Below, one piece after another: positions 63,866-64,000 of a DNA stretch of 64,000 bases. The notes beneath the pieces were generated by a model. The model had not been told where the DNA came from. It saw only the letters and a program-made list of their open reading frames with translations, and searched no databases. How positions within the stretch are numbered: position 1 is the first letter of the stretch; each line of letters starts with the position of its first letter. The stretch is from Felis catus (taxonomy: Eukaryota), in NCBI RefSeq assembly GCF_018350175.1, contig NC_058368.1, forward strand, positions 180,050,001-180,114,000, read 5' to 3'. The translations under genes were made by a program, and so were the position numbers.

Positions 63866-64000
63866 GTGCGCCCCGCCCCTATGTGCCCCCCAAGCTCCAG
63901 TTGTTCTGAGAACAGCTGTTGTTCTACAGACAACTCTTGACTGGCTTTCACTGCTAATAGCAGTCCCCACGTGCAGCCTTTTCCATTCATTTATCTAGAA

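Overview
Mammalian genomic DNA, almost certainly from a felid given the felid-type Can-SINEs. The whole window lies inside one + strand gene, SLIT3. Seventeen GT-AG coding exons (3135-63865; 2096 nt, about 698 codons) splice into one open frame. They run from the start of the third leucine-rich-repeat domain through LRR domain 4 and EGF repeats 1-6 to the start of the laminin-G domain, probably human exons 15-31; both gene ends lie outside the window. The introns hold 12 Can-SINEs (two very young), DNA-transposon fossils (MER82, Charlie1-type, MER102, MER20, MER5, MER81), three LTRs, L1/L2/MIR fragments and microsatellites. I found no new protein-coding system; the long ORF-track entries are exon or repeat shadows. 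The best leads are RNA-processing hypotheses: an in-register EGF exon pair bracketed by inverted SINEs, a close inverted SINE pair, SINE-derived cryptic exons, a re-splicing-type junction and an AATAAA array. There are also several homeodomain-motif-rich candidate enhancers. Human exon numbers, the human protein comparison and repeat family names come from memory and were not checked by search.
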